Source: Pirellulales bacterium
GTDB taxonomy: Bacteria > Planctomycetota > Planctomycetia > Pirellulales > PALSA-1355
Assembly: GCA_963733035.1 (NCBI GenBank)
Contig: CAVTBU010000007.1
Coordinates: 128,001 to 192,000, forward strand
Reading direction: 5' to 3'
Length of the DNA stretch: 64,000 bases
Shown piece by piece: positions 51,195 through 61,868 of the stretch (the first letter of the stretch is position 1; every line of letters starts with the position of its first letter). The notes beneath the pieces are model-generated. The model saw only the letters and a list, made by a program, of their open reading frames with translations, ran no database searches and was not told the origin of the DNA. The translations under genes were made by a program, and so were the position numbers.

Positions 51195-52703
51195 ATGCGT
51201 CATGGGAACGGATCGCTCCGCTGGCTCGCTTCGACGGTCACTCTGTTGACCGTTGTCTATGGGCAGGTCGGCCTGATTTTGCCTGCGGTCGCTCAGGAGG
51301 AAGCCAAGCCGGATGTTCGTCAGGCAACAGGCCTGCAAGCGGCCATCGCGATCGAAGGTGCGATGGTTCAGGCCATCGCCAAAGCCGAACGGTCGGTCGT
51401 GGCCATCGCCCGCGTGCGCCGTCAGGACGAACAGCCGCTCGATCTGAGCATCAACCAGTTCGGTCGCATGCAGATTACCGAGCTGGCTTCGCCTGGCACG
51501 CCAGAGTTCATTCCGAACGAGTATGCCACCGGCGTCGTCGTCGGTGCCGATGGTCTGATCCTGACGGCCAATCATGTTCTGCAAGAGAACTGCGACTACT
51601 GGGTCACGACCCCGGATCGCCGCATCTTCAAAGTCCGGCGTATCAAGGGGGCCGATCCGCGCAGCGATTTGGCCGTTTTGCAAATCGACGCCACCGACCT
51701 GGTGCCCATTGCGTTTGGCGATGCGTCAAAGCTGAAAAAAGGCCAAATCGTCATCGCGCTGGGTAATCCGTATGCGATTGCTCGCGATGGTCAGGCCAGT
51801 GCGAGCTGGGGCATTGTGGCCAACATCACACGCAAAGATGGGCCGTCGCTTGATATTACGAACCCCAAGCCCGCGTTACATCAGTATGGCACGCTGATTC
51901 AAACGGATGCCAAGTTGAACCTCGGCACGAGTGGCGGGGCGCTGGTCAATCTGGCGGGAGAAATGGTGGGCCTGACCGTTTCGTTGGCTGCCGCCAGCGG
52001 CTACGAGCAGTCGGCCGGCTTCGCGCTGCCAGTCGACGAAACGTTCCTGCGAGCCGTCAGGACCCTCAAGCAGGGAAGCGAAGTTGAGTACGGGTTTCTC
52101 GGAGTGGCGGTTAATCCGCTGGCCGTCAATGACCGCCAAAAGGGACATTTCGGTGTGCTCGTCACCTCGATCGTTCCCGGCACGCCGGCCGAGCGGTTCG
52201 GGCTAATGGATCGCGACATCATCACGCACGTCGATGGCCAGGAGATTCACGATCAGGATCAGTTCATGCTGGCAATCGGACGTCTGCCGGCCGAGGGCCG
52301 GGCAACGCTTCGGGTTGAACGTGACGGCCGGCCGCGCGTCGTCGTCATTGGCGAGTTGGCCAAGTACTTTGTTCCGGCCGGCCAGATCGTTACCAACCCT
52401 CGTCCTGCCTGGAGGGGATTGCGGGTCGATCATGTCACGGCCTCACGCAACTTTCACAGCTGGTCGCTCCAGGGACTCATCGACCCGCAGGGTTCGGTGA
52501 TTGTCACTGAGGTCATGGAAAATAGCCCCGCCTGGAACGAAGGTTTGCGTCCCGACATGTTGATCAGTCACGTGGCCGGCAATCGCGTCGCCACGCCGCG
52601 GCAGTTTCTCGACCTGGTGGTCGGCCAAGACGGTCCCGTTAAGCTTCGCATCGACGACCGTAGCGGCAAGCCCGATGAGCGCGTGATTCCGCCTGCCAGT
52701 TAA
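51195..52703 (+). CDS. HtrA/DegP-like trypsin serine protease with PDZ domains
   Basis: LTANHV, SDLAVL, IQTDAKLNLGTSGGAL, GFLGV PDZ start. Confidence 0.9.
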   Translation: MRHGNGSLRWLASTVTLLTVVYGQVGLILPAVAQEEAKPDVRQATGLQAAIAIEGAMVQAIAKAERSVVAIARVRRQDEQPLDLSINQFGRMQITELASPGTPEFIPNEYATGVVVGADGLILTANHVLQENCDYWVTTPDRRIFKVRRIKGADPRSDLAVLQIDATDLVPIAFGDASKLKKGQIVIALGNPYAIARDGQASASWGIVANITRKDGPSLDITNPKPALHQYGTLIQTDAKLNLGTSGGALVNLAGEMVGLTVSLAAASGYEQSAGFALPVDETFLRAVRTLKQGSEVEYGFLGVAVNPLAVNDRQKGHFGVLVTSIVPGTPAERFGLMDRDIITHVDGQEIHDQDQFMLAIGRLPAEGRATLRVERDGRPRVVVIGELAKYFVPAGQIVTNPRPAWRGLRVDHVTASRNFHSWSLQGLIDPQGSVIVTEVMENSPAWNEGLRPDMLISHVAGNRVATPRQFLDLVVGQDGPVKLRIDDRSGKPDERVIPPAS

Positions 52704-52946
52704 TGGCCGAACGATTCGGCCGGCGCCGCCCTGCAAGCGTTGCCTTCCAACGTTCGCCGTTCGTTCGCGGACCCGCGTCCCTGGCCGTAAATCCCGATTA
52801 CGGCTATCATTACTCGCTTCGCGGGGGTGACGTTGCGCGGGAACTTGGCGGCTGCCGGGATTGTCCAGCCTGCATGTCAGCCGGCCGGTTTGACCGGGCG
52901 CCAGCCTCGCGGCTTTATGGATTGTCTCGCACCCAATAGCGACCTC

Positions 52947-55562
52947 ATGAATACTGACGAACTCCGCGAAAAGTATCTCGCCTTTTTTGAGACCAAGGGC
53001 TGTGTGCGCCGGCCGAGCGATGTGCTGGTGCCCCGCTGGGATCCCTCGGTGTTGTTCACGCCGGCCGGCATGAACCAGTTCAAGGATCATTTCCTGGGCA
53101 AGGTGAAGCTCGATTTCACGCGGGCCACCACCTGCCAGAAATGTTTGCGAACCGGTGACATCGAGAACGTAGGTCGCACGGCCTATCACCATACGTTTTT
53201 CGAGATGCTGGGCAATTTCAGCTTTGGCGACTACTTCAAGCGCGACGCGATCAACTGGGCCTGGGAGTTTTTGACCCAGAAACAATGGCTAGGGCTCGAT
53301 CCGAACCGACTGTTTGTCTCGGTCTATCAGGACGACGACGAGGCAGCCGAGATCTGGGCCAAGGACATCAAACTCACGCCCGATCGCATCAAGCGAATGG
53401 GCGAGGATGACAACTTCTGGCCGGCGGGCGCACCGAGCCAGGGTCCCGATGGCGTATGCGGCCCGTGCAGCGAAATCTTTTATATGCCCGACGCCAACAG
53501 CGAGGTGGAGATCTGGAACCTCGTGTTCACACAGTTCAACCGCGTTGGCAATCCGCCCGACAACCTGCGACCCCTGCCGAGCAAGAACATCGACACGGGT
53601 ATGGGTCTGGAACGCACGGCCTCGGTACTCCAGGGTGTGTCGACAAATTTCCACATCGACATCCTTCGCCCGCTGGTCGAAGCCGCCGGTGACGTGTGCG
53701 GGATCAAGTACGATCCTCAAAACGAATCCGGTCGCCGGTTGCGCCGCATTGCGGATCACGTGCGGGCCTGTACGTTTGCAATCCACGAAAATGTCTACCC
53801 GGGACCGAACAAGGAAAAGTACGTAGTCAAACGGCTATTGCGCCGTGCGGTGCTCGACGGTCGGCAGATGGGCGTGCATGGTCCGTTCCTCAATAAACTG
53901 GTCACCAAGGTGGCCGAAGTGATGCGCAACCCGTATCCCGAACTCGGCGAAACGACGACCCGCGTGGCTGGCGTCATCGAGCAGGAGGAGAGTAACTTCT
54001 TCGGCACGATCGACGCCGGTCTCGACCGCATCGAGCGTTTGTTCCAGCAGATGAAGGCCGATGGCCGCGAGATGGTAACCGGTGTTGACGCGGCCGAAAT
54101 GTATACCACGCACGGCTTCCCGCCCGAACTGTTCGAAACGCTGGCCGCCGAGCACAACCTCGGCTTCGATTGGGCCGGCTTCAAACAGGAAATGGAGCAG
54201 CACGGCATTGAGTCGGGAGCAGGCCATCGCGTCGAGCTGTTTCAGTCGAGCCCGCTTGATGCGCTCAAGAAAACCATGCCCGGCACGCAGTTTGTCGGGT
54301 ACGAAACCACCACCGCCGAAGCCAAAGTCGTGGGCGTCATCGCCCGCGATGAGCTCGTCGAACAAATTGACGAAGTGGGCCATGACAAGCCGGTTGTCTT
54401 GGTACTCGATAAGACACCGTTTTATGGCGAATCGGGCGGACAGGTGGGCGATAGCGGCGAGATCTCGGGACGCGACTTCCGCTTTGACGTCGTCGACACG
54501 CAGAAGGAGGGCAACTTCACGCTGCACGTCGGTCACTTGCGCACGGGCAGAATCACGCAGGGCGACACGGTGACCGCGCGCGTCGAGGGCCCCCGCCGCA
54601 TGGGCATTCGCCGCGCTCATTCGGCGACGCACCTGCTGCATCATGCACTGCAAAAGCATCTGGGCAAACACGCACAGCAGCAAGGCTCGAAGGTCGACCG
54701 CGATTGGCTGCGTTTCGATTTCACGAATCCCACCGCGGTTTCGCCGGAGCAGTTGGCCGCGATCGAAGCCGAGGTGAATCTCCTCGCGTCCTCGGCGGTC
54801 CGAATCCAATGGCGCACGATGCCGTTGGCTCAGGCCCGCGAAACCGGAGCGATGATGCTGTTCGGCGAGAAGTATCCCGATATCGTGCGGATGGTCTCAA
54901 TCGGAGAATTTAGCAAGGAACTCTGTGGGGGCACGCACCTGGACAACAGCGGCCAGGTCGGACTGTTCAAGATCACCGGCGAAGAGAGCGTTTCGGCCGG
55001 CACGCGGCGGATCACGGCGCTCACGGGCCCCGCCGCGCTGGATTACGTTCGCGGGCACGAGGCTGCCCTGCAGGAGACCGCCACGCTGCTTCGGATTCCC
55101 CTCGGCGAAGTGCCAAATCGCGTTGCGGCATTGGCCAAGGAACTGCGCGAACTGAAGAAGCAACTTTCGGCGGCGCCGAAGGCAGGTGGCGCAACGCCCG
55201 ACAAGTTGCTGGCCGATGCGGCGGAGCAGGGGGGCGTCAAAATCGTCGTGGCCGAGGCGCCCGACGCCGATGCGAACCAGATGCGGCAACTGATCGATCA
55301 GTTGCGCAAAACGGCCGGACCGGTGGCCGTGCTTTTGGGCTCAACTGGCGAGGGGAAGGTGACGCTCGTGGCCGGCATCACGCGCGACCTGCAGGAGCGC
55401 GGCGTCCATGCCGGCAACTGGATCAAAGGTCCCGCGGAAGTTGTCGGCGGCCGCGGCGGTGGCAAACCCGATATGGCCCAAGCCGGCGGCAAGCACACCG
55501 AAAAGTTGGCCGAGGCGCTCGAAGCAGCCCGGCAAGAAATCAAGAAGCTCTTGGCCAAATAG
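52947..55562 (+). CDS. alaS: Alanine--tRNA ligase
   Basis: LFTPAGMNQFK, HHTFFEMLGNFSFGDYFK, IDTGMGLER, HSATHLL, ELCGGTH, GGGKPDMAQAGG. Confidence 0.99.
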   Translation: MNTDELREKYLAFFETKGCVRRPSDVLVPRWDPSVLFTPAGMNQFKDHFLGKVKLDFTRATTCQKCLRTGDIENVGRTAYHHTFFEMLGNFSFGDYFKRDAINWAWEFLTQKQWLGLDPNRLFVSVYQDDDEAAEIWAKDIKLTPDRIKRMGEDDNFWPAGAPSQGPDGVCGPCSEIFYMPDANSEVEIWNLVFTQFNRVGNPPDNLRPLPSKNIDTGMGLERTASVLQGVSTNFHIDILRPLVEAAGDVCGIKYDPQNESGRRLRRIADHVRACTFAIHENVYPGPNKEKYVVKRLLRRAVLDGRQMGVHGPFLNKLVTKVAEVMRNPYPELGETTTRVAGVIEQEESNFFGTIDAGLDRIERLFQQMKADGREMVTGVDAAEMYTTHGFPPELFETLAAEHNLGFDWAGFKQEMEQHGIESGAGHRVELFQSSPLDALKKTMPGTQFVGYETTTAEAKVVGVIARDELVEQIDEVGHDKPVVLVLDKTPFYGESGGQVGDSGEISGRDFRFDVVDTQKEGNFTLHVGHLRTGRITQGDTVTARVEGPRRMGIRRAHSATHLLHHALQKHLGKHAQQQGSKVDRDWLRFDFTNPTAVSPEQLAAIEAEVNLLASSAVRIQWRTMPLAQARETGAMMLFGEKYPDIVRMVSIGEFSKELCGGTHLDNSGQVGLFKITGEESVSAGTRRITALTGPAALDYVRGHEAALQETATLLRIPLGEVPNRVAALAKELRELKKQLSAAPKAGGATPDKLLADAAEQGGVKIVVAEAPDADANQMRQLIDQLRKTAGPVAVLLGSTGEGKVTLVAGITRDLQERGVHAGNWIKGPAEVVGGRGGGKPDMAQAGGKHTEKLAEALEAARQEIKKLLAK

Positions 55563-55594
55563 AAAAAGGCCGGAAGCCGCTTCGACTTCCGGCC
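55563..55594. terminator. Hairpin between convergent alaS and tpx (U tail on the minus strand)
   Basis: AAAAA-GGCCGGAAG...CTTCCGGCC. Confidence 0.6.
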
Positions 55595-55651
55595 CAATTC
55601 GTGTTCCCCAGCGCGGAACGTTTGCCCATCTGACTCTTGCATGCGGCCGAG

Positions 55652-56170
55652 CTACAAGGCGCCCTTGAGGGCGGCCAGGGCCGCGGCGTAGTCTGGTTCC
55701 TCAGCCACTTCCTTAACGGTCTCGGCGTAAATCACTTTGCCGTCCTTGTCGAGCACGAACACGCCGCGGGCCAGAATCTTGAGTTCCTCGATCAGCATGC
55801 CCCAGTTTTGGCCGAAGCTGCGATCCTGGTAGTCGCTCAACGAGCGCATGTTCTTGATGTCCTCCGCGCCGCAGAAGCGGTTCATCGCGAACGGCAGGTC
55901 GAGGCTCACCGTAACGGCGTTGATCTTATCCCCCAACGACGCCAGCTCGTCATTGAACTTCTTGGTCTGCTTTTGGCAAACGGGGGTATCTAGCGAGGGC
56001 ACGACGCTGATGAACGTCGGCTTTCCCTTCCAGTCGGCGGGGGTGACGGCCTTCATGCCCCCTTCGAAAGTATGCAGCTTGCAATCTGGTGCCGTCTGCC
56101 CGACGCTGACTGCGTTGCCAGCTAGCGTCATTGGGTTGCCTTTGAACGTGATCGCTCCGGGACGAGACAT
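55652..56170 (-). CDS. tpx: Thiol peroxidase
   Basis: VPSLDTPVC, SLDLPFAMNRFC, EEPDY. Confidence 0.95.
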   Translation of the reverse strand: MSRPGAITFKGNPMTLAGNAVSVGQTAPDCKLHTFEGGMKAVTPADWKGKPTFISVVPSLDTPVCQKQTKKFNDELASLGDKINAVTVSLDLPFAMNRFCGAEDIKNMRSLSDYQDRSFGQNWGMLIEELKILARGVFVLDKDGKVIYAETVKEVAEEPDYAAALAALKGAL

Positions 56171-56419
56171 AAATCCTTATCCTTTCCGAGTGATAGCATG
56201 GGTCCGAATCGAGTGCGTAGTATCGCGCGATTTCGGGGACCCATCAAGGGGCCGGCTCGACTGAAAAACGACACCAAACATTGCCAGTTTTTTCAGAAGG
56301 AGTAAGATGCAAGGCGCGCGTTGGTTGTTGGGGCGTTCCTTCCGCCCACCCGCCAACTCCCCTCCGGCCTTAGGCGGCCCTTCTGGTAAACATTCGAACG
56401 TTGACGGAGCGACACACAA

Positions 56420-56809
56420 ATGGCCCAGGCAACCATTGTTGGCAGCGGTTGGGATTTTGAAGTCGAGCGCGGACCGGATTGGTTGTTCGTGCGCCCTCGA
56501 AGATTGCCGGCTGGCAACAATCGCGCGGCAGCGCTAGCCGAGCAAATCTGGACACTGCTCGAGCGACAATTCACCAATCGGCTCGTTTTAGACATGGGCG
56601 ACGTCGATCACCTCGATAGCGAACTGGTTTCCCAGTTCGTCTGGCTGCGTAAGCAAATTCACACGCACGACGGACTGATGCGCGTCTGTGGACTGTCCGA
56701 CGACCACGAAGACGTGTTGCAAGCGTGTGGTTTGTGCGGTTCCTTCCCGCGCTACCGCACCCGTGAAGACGCCGTGATGGGGCACACCCATCCGCGGCAG
56801 CCCCGGTAG
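56420..56809 (+). CDS. STAS domain (anti-sigma factor antagonist-like) protein
   Basis: LVLDMGDVDHLDS...LMRVCGLS. Confidence 0.8.
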   Translation: MAQATIVGSGWDFEVERGPDWLFVRPRRLPAGNNRAAALAEQIWTLLERQFTNRLVLDMGDVDHLDSELVSQFVWLRKQIHTHDGLMRVCGLSDDHEDVLQACGLCGSFPRYRTREDAVMGHTHPRQPR

Positions 56810-56936
56810 CATCGCGCCAGCGAATTGGCAATGGATCGCGACGCCGCGAAAGTCGCGGGAGTGGTGGTGCGTGCTAAATGCGCTTCCGCCTCGCGAATCG
56901 CTCTTTTGAGCAGCTCAACTCGCGCGGCCCATCGCG

Positions 56937-57164
56937 CTACGACCAACTCACTTCGAGTTGATTCTCAATTTGCTGGACTCCTTCCAACCGCCGCAATGCT
57001 TCCTGCGCCATCTGTTTGTGGTAGTACGACTTGACCGTCCCCCGCAACACGACACGCCCCTCCTGGGCTTCAAAATGCAGGTTCCGGCGGGTCAGGTGAG
57101 GGTGGTGTTCAATGGCCGACGAAATCCGCTTCGTCAGAGAGCATTCCGCGGTGGACATAGGCAT
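56937..57164 (-). CDS. BON domain protein
   Basis: GRVVLRGTVKSYYHKQMAQE...GVQQIENQLEV. Confidence 0.85.
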   Translation of the reverse strand: MPMSTAECSLTKRISSAIEHHPHLTRRNLHFEAQEGRVVLRGTVKSYYHKQMAQEALRRLEGVQQIENQLEVSWS

Positions 57165-57463
57165 GATTCCGAATTCGGTGGGCTAATTATCGCAAAATAC
57201 GGCGATGCGTCGGGTGTGGTTCGCGCGACTCGTAACCTGTTCATCGGAAGTATGGGTCAAGTAAGTAACTGATTTTGAATTTGGAACTTGGGTTTTTCTG
57301 AAAAGCTGTTCCGGAAATGCCGGTTGTGCCGACAGCAGCTAGCATCCCGGTAGGTTGGACCGGGGCATTGCGTCCGTTCGCGGGTATGTTTCCGACTGGC
57401 GCGACGATCTTTTCCAGCCCGGTTCACTGAGTAACCGGTGCAAGATGCGACCTAGCCTTTGGT

Positions 57464-58637
57464 ATGCTTTCCCAACTGCGCCCACGTCGAACCATCAGAT
57501 GCCGACGGCCAGAGCCAATTCACGCGCGCGTGAGCGATGACCTCGACGCCCTGGAGCAAGCTTGGCCGATAACGGACTGCTGTCCATCGGCCGGGTTCGC
57601 CTGGTTGCGGGCGGCCCGCACGGCTTTTGCCGAATCGGAAGAGGCACAGGTCTTCACCGCCGCCGCGCGTGCACGGGTGCAGGCCGGCACGGCAATGGTA
57701 CGTGTGCGGCATCATGGCATTTGGCATTTGGCGCCGCCTGGACACGAGTTGAAGCTTCCGACGGAGTTGGCGGCCACTGACTCGCGATCGTTGCAATGCC
57801 TGGCGACTGCGTTGGCCCGCTGCGGTCAGCCCATCGCGTTAGATCGAGTCGTGGCGTCGTCGCCGAGCGTGCGTGCATTGGGGCGTGCCTGCCGGGGCCA
57901 CGCGATATCCGTCGTGCGACCGGCAGCACCGTATCTTTTCGTGCCACTCGATGAGAGTTGGGCCGAGCCTGAACGGCACTTGCTCGCGGTCGAGCGGCGA
58001 CGACTAGCCTTGAAACGGCGCCGTGCCGAACGCCTGGGCCCAGTCCATGCGGAAATCCACGCGCCTGATTTGGACGAACTACCGCATCTGCTCGACTTGG
58101 TGTTCGACCTTGCGACTACCGGTGGGCGTCCGGTGACTAACAGCAAGTCCGCTTTGCCACTCAGCGAGGCAATCTTCTTTCGTCAATACGCGGAAGCAGC
58201 CTGTATCGATGGAACGTTACGAGTTTGTGTGCTGCGAATTGGCGACCGCCCAGCCGCCGTGCAGATGGGCGTCGAAACCGGCACGGCACTCTGGCTACTG
58301 CGCCGGCGAGGATCCGCGTTTTACCCGCTGCCGATCGTCGCAGTTATTAACTTGCGAAACGTTGCGCTACGCGGCGCAAGCCAATCTTCAATCGTGCGAA
58401 TTCTGGGCCGAGCAACAACCCTGGATGCAAACCTGGACCGCCCACCAGCGGCGCTGCGTTTCGCTGCGGACCTATCCATTGGGAGTGCGGGGTCTGGCTG
58501 CTGGTACCGCGGCCGGCGGTGTTGCCGTTTTTCGACAATTGCGACAATTGGTTCAGCGACGCCAGGCGTACGCGATGTGCCAGCGCCTCGCCGCGCGATG
58601 CCACACGCACGCCGCTTGGTCGTTTCTAACACGGTGA
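57464..58637 (+). CDS. GNAT family acetyltransferase (CelD/BcsL-like), apparent frameshift near 58300
   Basis: LRVCVLRIGDRPAAVQ...LWLL, then EDPRFTRC...QLLTCETLRYAA...PW..TWT in another frame. Confidence 0.65.
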
Positions 58638-58700
58638 GAATCGCGGTCAGCGCAATCGCTTGCCGCGATCACGGCACTTCTCAAGCGTCACGCCGCGCTG

Positions 58701-60320
58701 TTATCCTGCCAACCACGCCGGCCGCTCGCCGGCCGCGGGCAGCTTGATGATGTAGGCGCTATTGATGGCCGGATGAGAGCGCACTTCGTCGAGGGCAGCC
58801 TGGGTGGGAGCCTGATCGAGATTTAACACGCCAATCGCTTCGCCGCCCTTGGTCTCGCGGCCCACGGCCATTTGGGCAATGTTGATATCGTGCTTGCCGA
58901 AGATCGTGCCCACGGCGCCAACGATGCCCGGCACATCCTTGTGCTTGAAGACCATCAGCACGCCGTCCAGGTATGCGTCGAGCCGGAAGTCGTCGAGCTG
59001 CACAAGCCGGAGCATCTCGGTGCCGAACACGGTGCCGGCCGCCTTGTGCGAACCTTTCTCCGTGTCCACTTCGGCAAGAATCACCGAGGAGAAAGCACCC
59101 GTTTCACTTTTTCGCTGCTCAATCAGCTCGATGCCACGCTCGCGCAACAGCACCTCGGCGTTGACGATGTTGATTTCCTCTTCCAGCGCATGGACTAACA
59201 GGCCGGCCGCGAAGCTTGCTGTAATGAGCTTGGTGTTTTTGGTGGCCACGTCGCCACGGTATTCGACCAGGCAACGACTGACCGGGTCTGTTTCGCATTG
59301 CGCGAGGAGTAACCCCAAACGGTAGGCCATGTCGAGATAGCCCCGCAATTCGGCAAGCGTCTTGGCATCGAGCGGCGTCATGTTCACGGCATGGCGAATT
59401 GCACCAGTTGTCAGGTAATCGACGAGCAACCCCACGCCTTCGACGGCCACCTGAGCCTGAGCCTCCTCGGTGCTGGCTCCCAAATGCGGCGTCGCCAGCA
59501 CCCCGGGCATGCCAAACAGAGGGCTGTCGGTGCAGGGTTCGTTCACATACACGTCGAGCGCCACACCCGCCAGCTTGCCGCTCTTGAGGCCTTCAACCAG
59601 AGCGGCCTCGTTGTAAATGCCACCGCGGGCGCAATTGATCAGCCGCACACCAGACTTGAGCTGATCGAGTTGCGGCATGTCGATCAGATTGCGAGTTTCG
59701 TCGGTCAGCGGGGTGTGCACCGTCAGGTAATCAACCTGCGGCAGCATTTCGGCAACATTGGCCGGTTCGAAGCCCAGCTCCGAGATCCGTTCCTTCGATA
59801 GAAACGGGTCAAAACCGAGCACATGCATTTGCATCGCCTTGGCACGGCTTCCGACAGCCTGGCCGATGCGGCCGAGACCAACGATGCCCAGAGTCTTGTC
59901 GGCCAGTTGCGTGCCCATGTATTGGCTGCGGTCCCATTTGCCAGCGCACAGGCTCTGATAGGCCGGCGCGATATTGCGAGACAGTGCCAACATCATCGCC
60001 AGCGTATGTTCGGCCGTGCTGAGCGTGTTGCCGGCCGGAGTGTTCATCACGACGATGCCCAGCCGCGTGGCTGCCTTGGAATCGATGTTATCGGTGCCGA
60101 CGCCGGCCCGCACGATCGCTTTCAGGCGGTGATTTCCCTCGAGCACGTCGGCCGTTATTTTCACGCCACTACGACAGATCGCGCCGTCGAATTCAGTCAA
60201 GGCCGTGCGCAGCTCGTCGCCCTTGAGGCCAGTGCGGACTTCGAATGCGATGTCCGGTGCGGCCTGTAGCAGGTCGAGGCCTTCTTGCGCCAGCTTGTCC
60301 AACACGATCACTTTCGGCAT
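58701..60320 (-). CDS. serA: D-3-phosphoglycerate dehydrogenase
   Basis: RAGVGTDNID, NTLSTAEH, GLGRIG, INCARGG, TPHLGASTEEAQ, C-terminal ACT domain. Confidence 0.97.
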   Translation of the reverse strand: MPKVIVLDKLAQEGLDLLQAAPDIAFEVRTGLKGDELRTALTEFDGAICRSGVKITADVLEGNHRLKAIVRAGVGTDNIDSKAATRLGIVVMNTPAGNTLSTAEHTLAMMLALSRNIAPAYQSLCAGKWDRSQYMGTQLADKTLGIVGLGRIGQAVGSRAKAMQMHVLGFDPFLSKERISELGFEPANVAEMLPQVDYLTVHTPLTDETRNLIDMPQLDQLKSGVRLINCARGGIYNEAALVEGLKSGKLAGVALDVYVNEPCTDSPLFGMPGVLATPHLGASTEEAQAQVAVEGVGLLVDYLTTGAIRHAVNMTPLDAKTLAELRGYLDMAYRLGLLLAQCETDPVSRCLVEYRGDVATKNTKLITASFAAGLLVHALEEEINIVNAEVLLRERGIELIEQRKSETGAFSSVILAEVDTEKGSHKAAGTVFGTEMLRLVQLDDFRLDAYLDGVLMVFKHKDVPGIVGAVGTIFGKHDINIAQMAVGRETKGGEAIGVLNLDQAPTQAALDEVRSHPAINSAYIIKLPAAGERPAWLAG

Positions 60321-60362
60321 GATTACTCCCAGTCGATTCACTCTCAGGCAAACATGGATGGT

Positions 60363-61532
60363 TCAGGACAAAGGGGTCAGTGGGCGCTCGCTGGCAGCAC
60401 GAATCACTTCGCAGGCAGCGGCTGCCGCCCCGCCCAGCGTCACGGCCTGCCCCATTTCATCGAGCACGAGCTCGATCGCGGCCAAGGTGGCGATGATATC
60501 TAATTCGTCGAGCAGGCCAAAATGTGCCAGTCGAAAGATCTTCCCTTTGAGCTCCAGCTGACCGCTCGCCAGCTTGACTCCAAACCGAGTTTCGAGCCGC
60601 CGGAGCAACTCGCCGGCATCAACTCCGGCGGGAACGCGCACCGCGGTCATGCCGGCGGCTGGTCGCTTTGCGAAGATTTCCAGGTGCATGGCCTGCATAC
60701 CCGCGATCGTCATGCGACTGAGCAATTCGCAGCGCTGCCAGACGGCTTCGATGCCCTCGGCGCGGATCGATTTGAGCGACTCGGCCAAGCCAGCCACCAA
60801 CGTGTGGGCCGGCGTCCAGGGCGTATCGGGGGACGCGCCGTGCAGCTTTGCGCGGTGCCATTTCAGGTCGAAATAGAACGCCTGCGGTTCGACGCCTTCC
60901 ATCTGCGTCCATGCGGCCGGGCTGACCGCCAGCATTGCCAGGCCCGGTGGAATCATCAGAGCCTTTTGCGAACCGACCACCAGAACGTCGATCTTCCAGG
61001 CGTCCGTCAGGCAGCGCATTGCGCCGGTGCCGCTAATGCCGTCAACGACCCACAGGGCATTTGTCGGAGCAACGACCCGGCCGATCGCCTCGACGTCGTG
61101 CCCCACGCCCGTACTGCTTTCCATGAGCGTGCCAAACACGGCCACGGTGTCCGGGTGCTTGGCCAAGGCTTCGGCAACCGTCTCCGGATCGATTGCCTCT
61201 CCCCACGGGACGGCGACCCGCACGACCTTGATTCCATAGCGGGCACAAATATCGGCCCAGCGTCGAGAGAATACACCCGACTCAAGCACAATCGCCTTGC
61301 TGCCGCGTGGCGCCAGGTTTACGACGGCCGCTTCCATGCCGCCGGTGCCAGAACTAGCCAGCACGACCACGTCGTGCGTCGTTTGAAAGACCTCCTGCAG
61401 GCCGGACAAGACTTCGGCAAACAGTGCACGAAATTCGGGCGTACGGTGGTGAATTACCTCGCGTGACATCGCCTGCCGGGCCGCTTCGGGCACCTGCGTT
61501 GGTCCGGGAGTCATGAGGCGTTTGCGAGGCAT
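60363..61532 (-). CDS. Class V PLP aminotransferase (alanine-glyoxylate/serine-pyruvate family)
   Basis: MTPGPT, HHRTPEF, SGTGGMEAA, GSQKALMIPPG; co-oriented upstream of serA. Confidence 0.9.
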   Translation of the reverse strand: MPRKRLMTPGPTQVPEAARQAMSREVIHHRTPEFRALFAEVLSGLQEVFQTTHDVVVLASSGTGGMEAAVVNLAPRGSKAIVLESGVFSRRWADICARYGIKVVRVAVPWGEAIDPETVAEALAKHPDTVAVFGTLMESSTGVGHDVEAIGRVVAPTNALWVVDGISGTGAMRCLTDAWKIDVLVVGSQKALMIPPGLAMLAVSPAAWTQMEGVEPQAFYFDLKWHRAKLHGASPDTPWTPAHTLVAGLAESLKSIRAEGIEAVWQRCELLSRMTIAGMQAMHLEIFAKRPAAGMTAVRVPAGVDAGELLRRLETRFGVKLASGQLELKGKIFRLAHFGLLDELDIIATLAAIELVLDEMGQAVTLGGAAAAACEVIRAASERPLTPLS

Positions 61533-61868
61533 GCAAGGAAGGCATTAAGCTAGGGTTGCGTTGAGGGGAAAGCGAGCCATTGTAGAACCCCATCGCGGGT
61601 TTGACCATCGGCTCGGACACCCGTCGAATAGCGGGGGTTCGCCCCGGCGAGTCGCGCCCTGAAGCACGCTGGGCGCGACAATTCCGCCCAGTTGGCGGTC
61701 GATCGCGGACGCGTTTGGCACGCCCGCCATAAAAAATTGAGGGAGTCATGCCCGCGGACGACGGGCTATGAGCAATTGGCACGGCAAATGCCACCTGTTT
61801 CAAGTGTTACGGTTTTGGTTTTTAGAAAATGCATTCGGTAACTCCAGCACGGAGCGAAGGGTAAAGCC

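Noticed and set aside
61533..61868. Possible riboswitch upstream of the aminotransferase-serA operon
   Set aside because: No recognisable aptamer consensus; it looks like an ordinary divergent promoter region.
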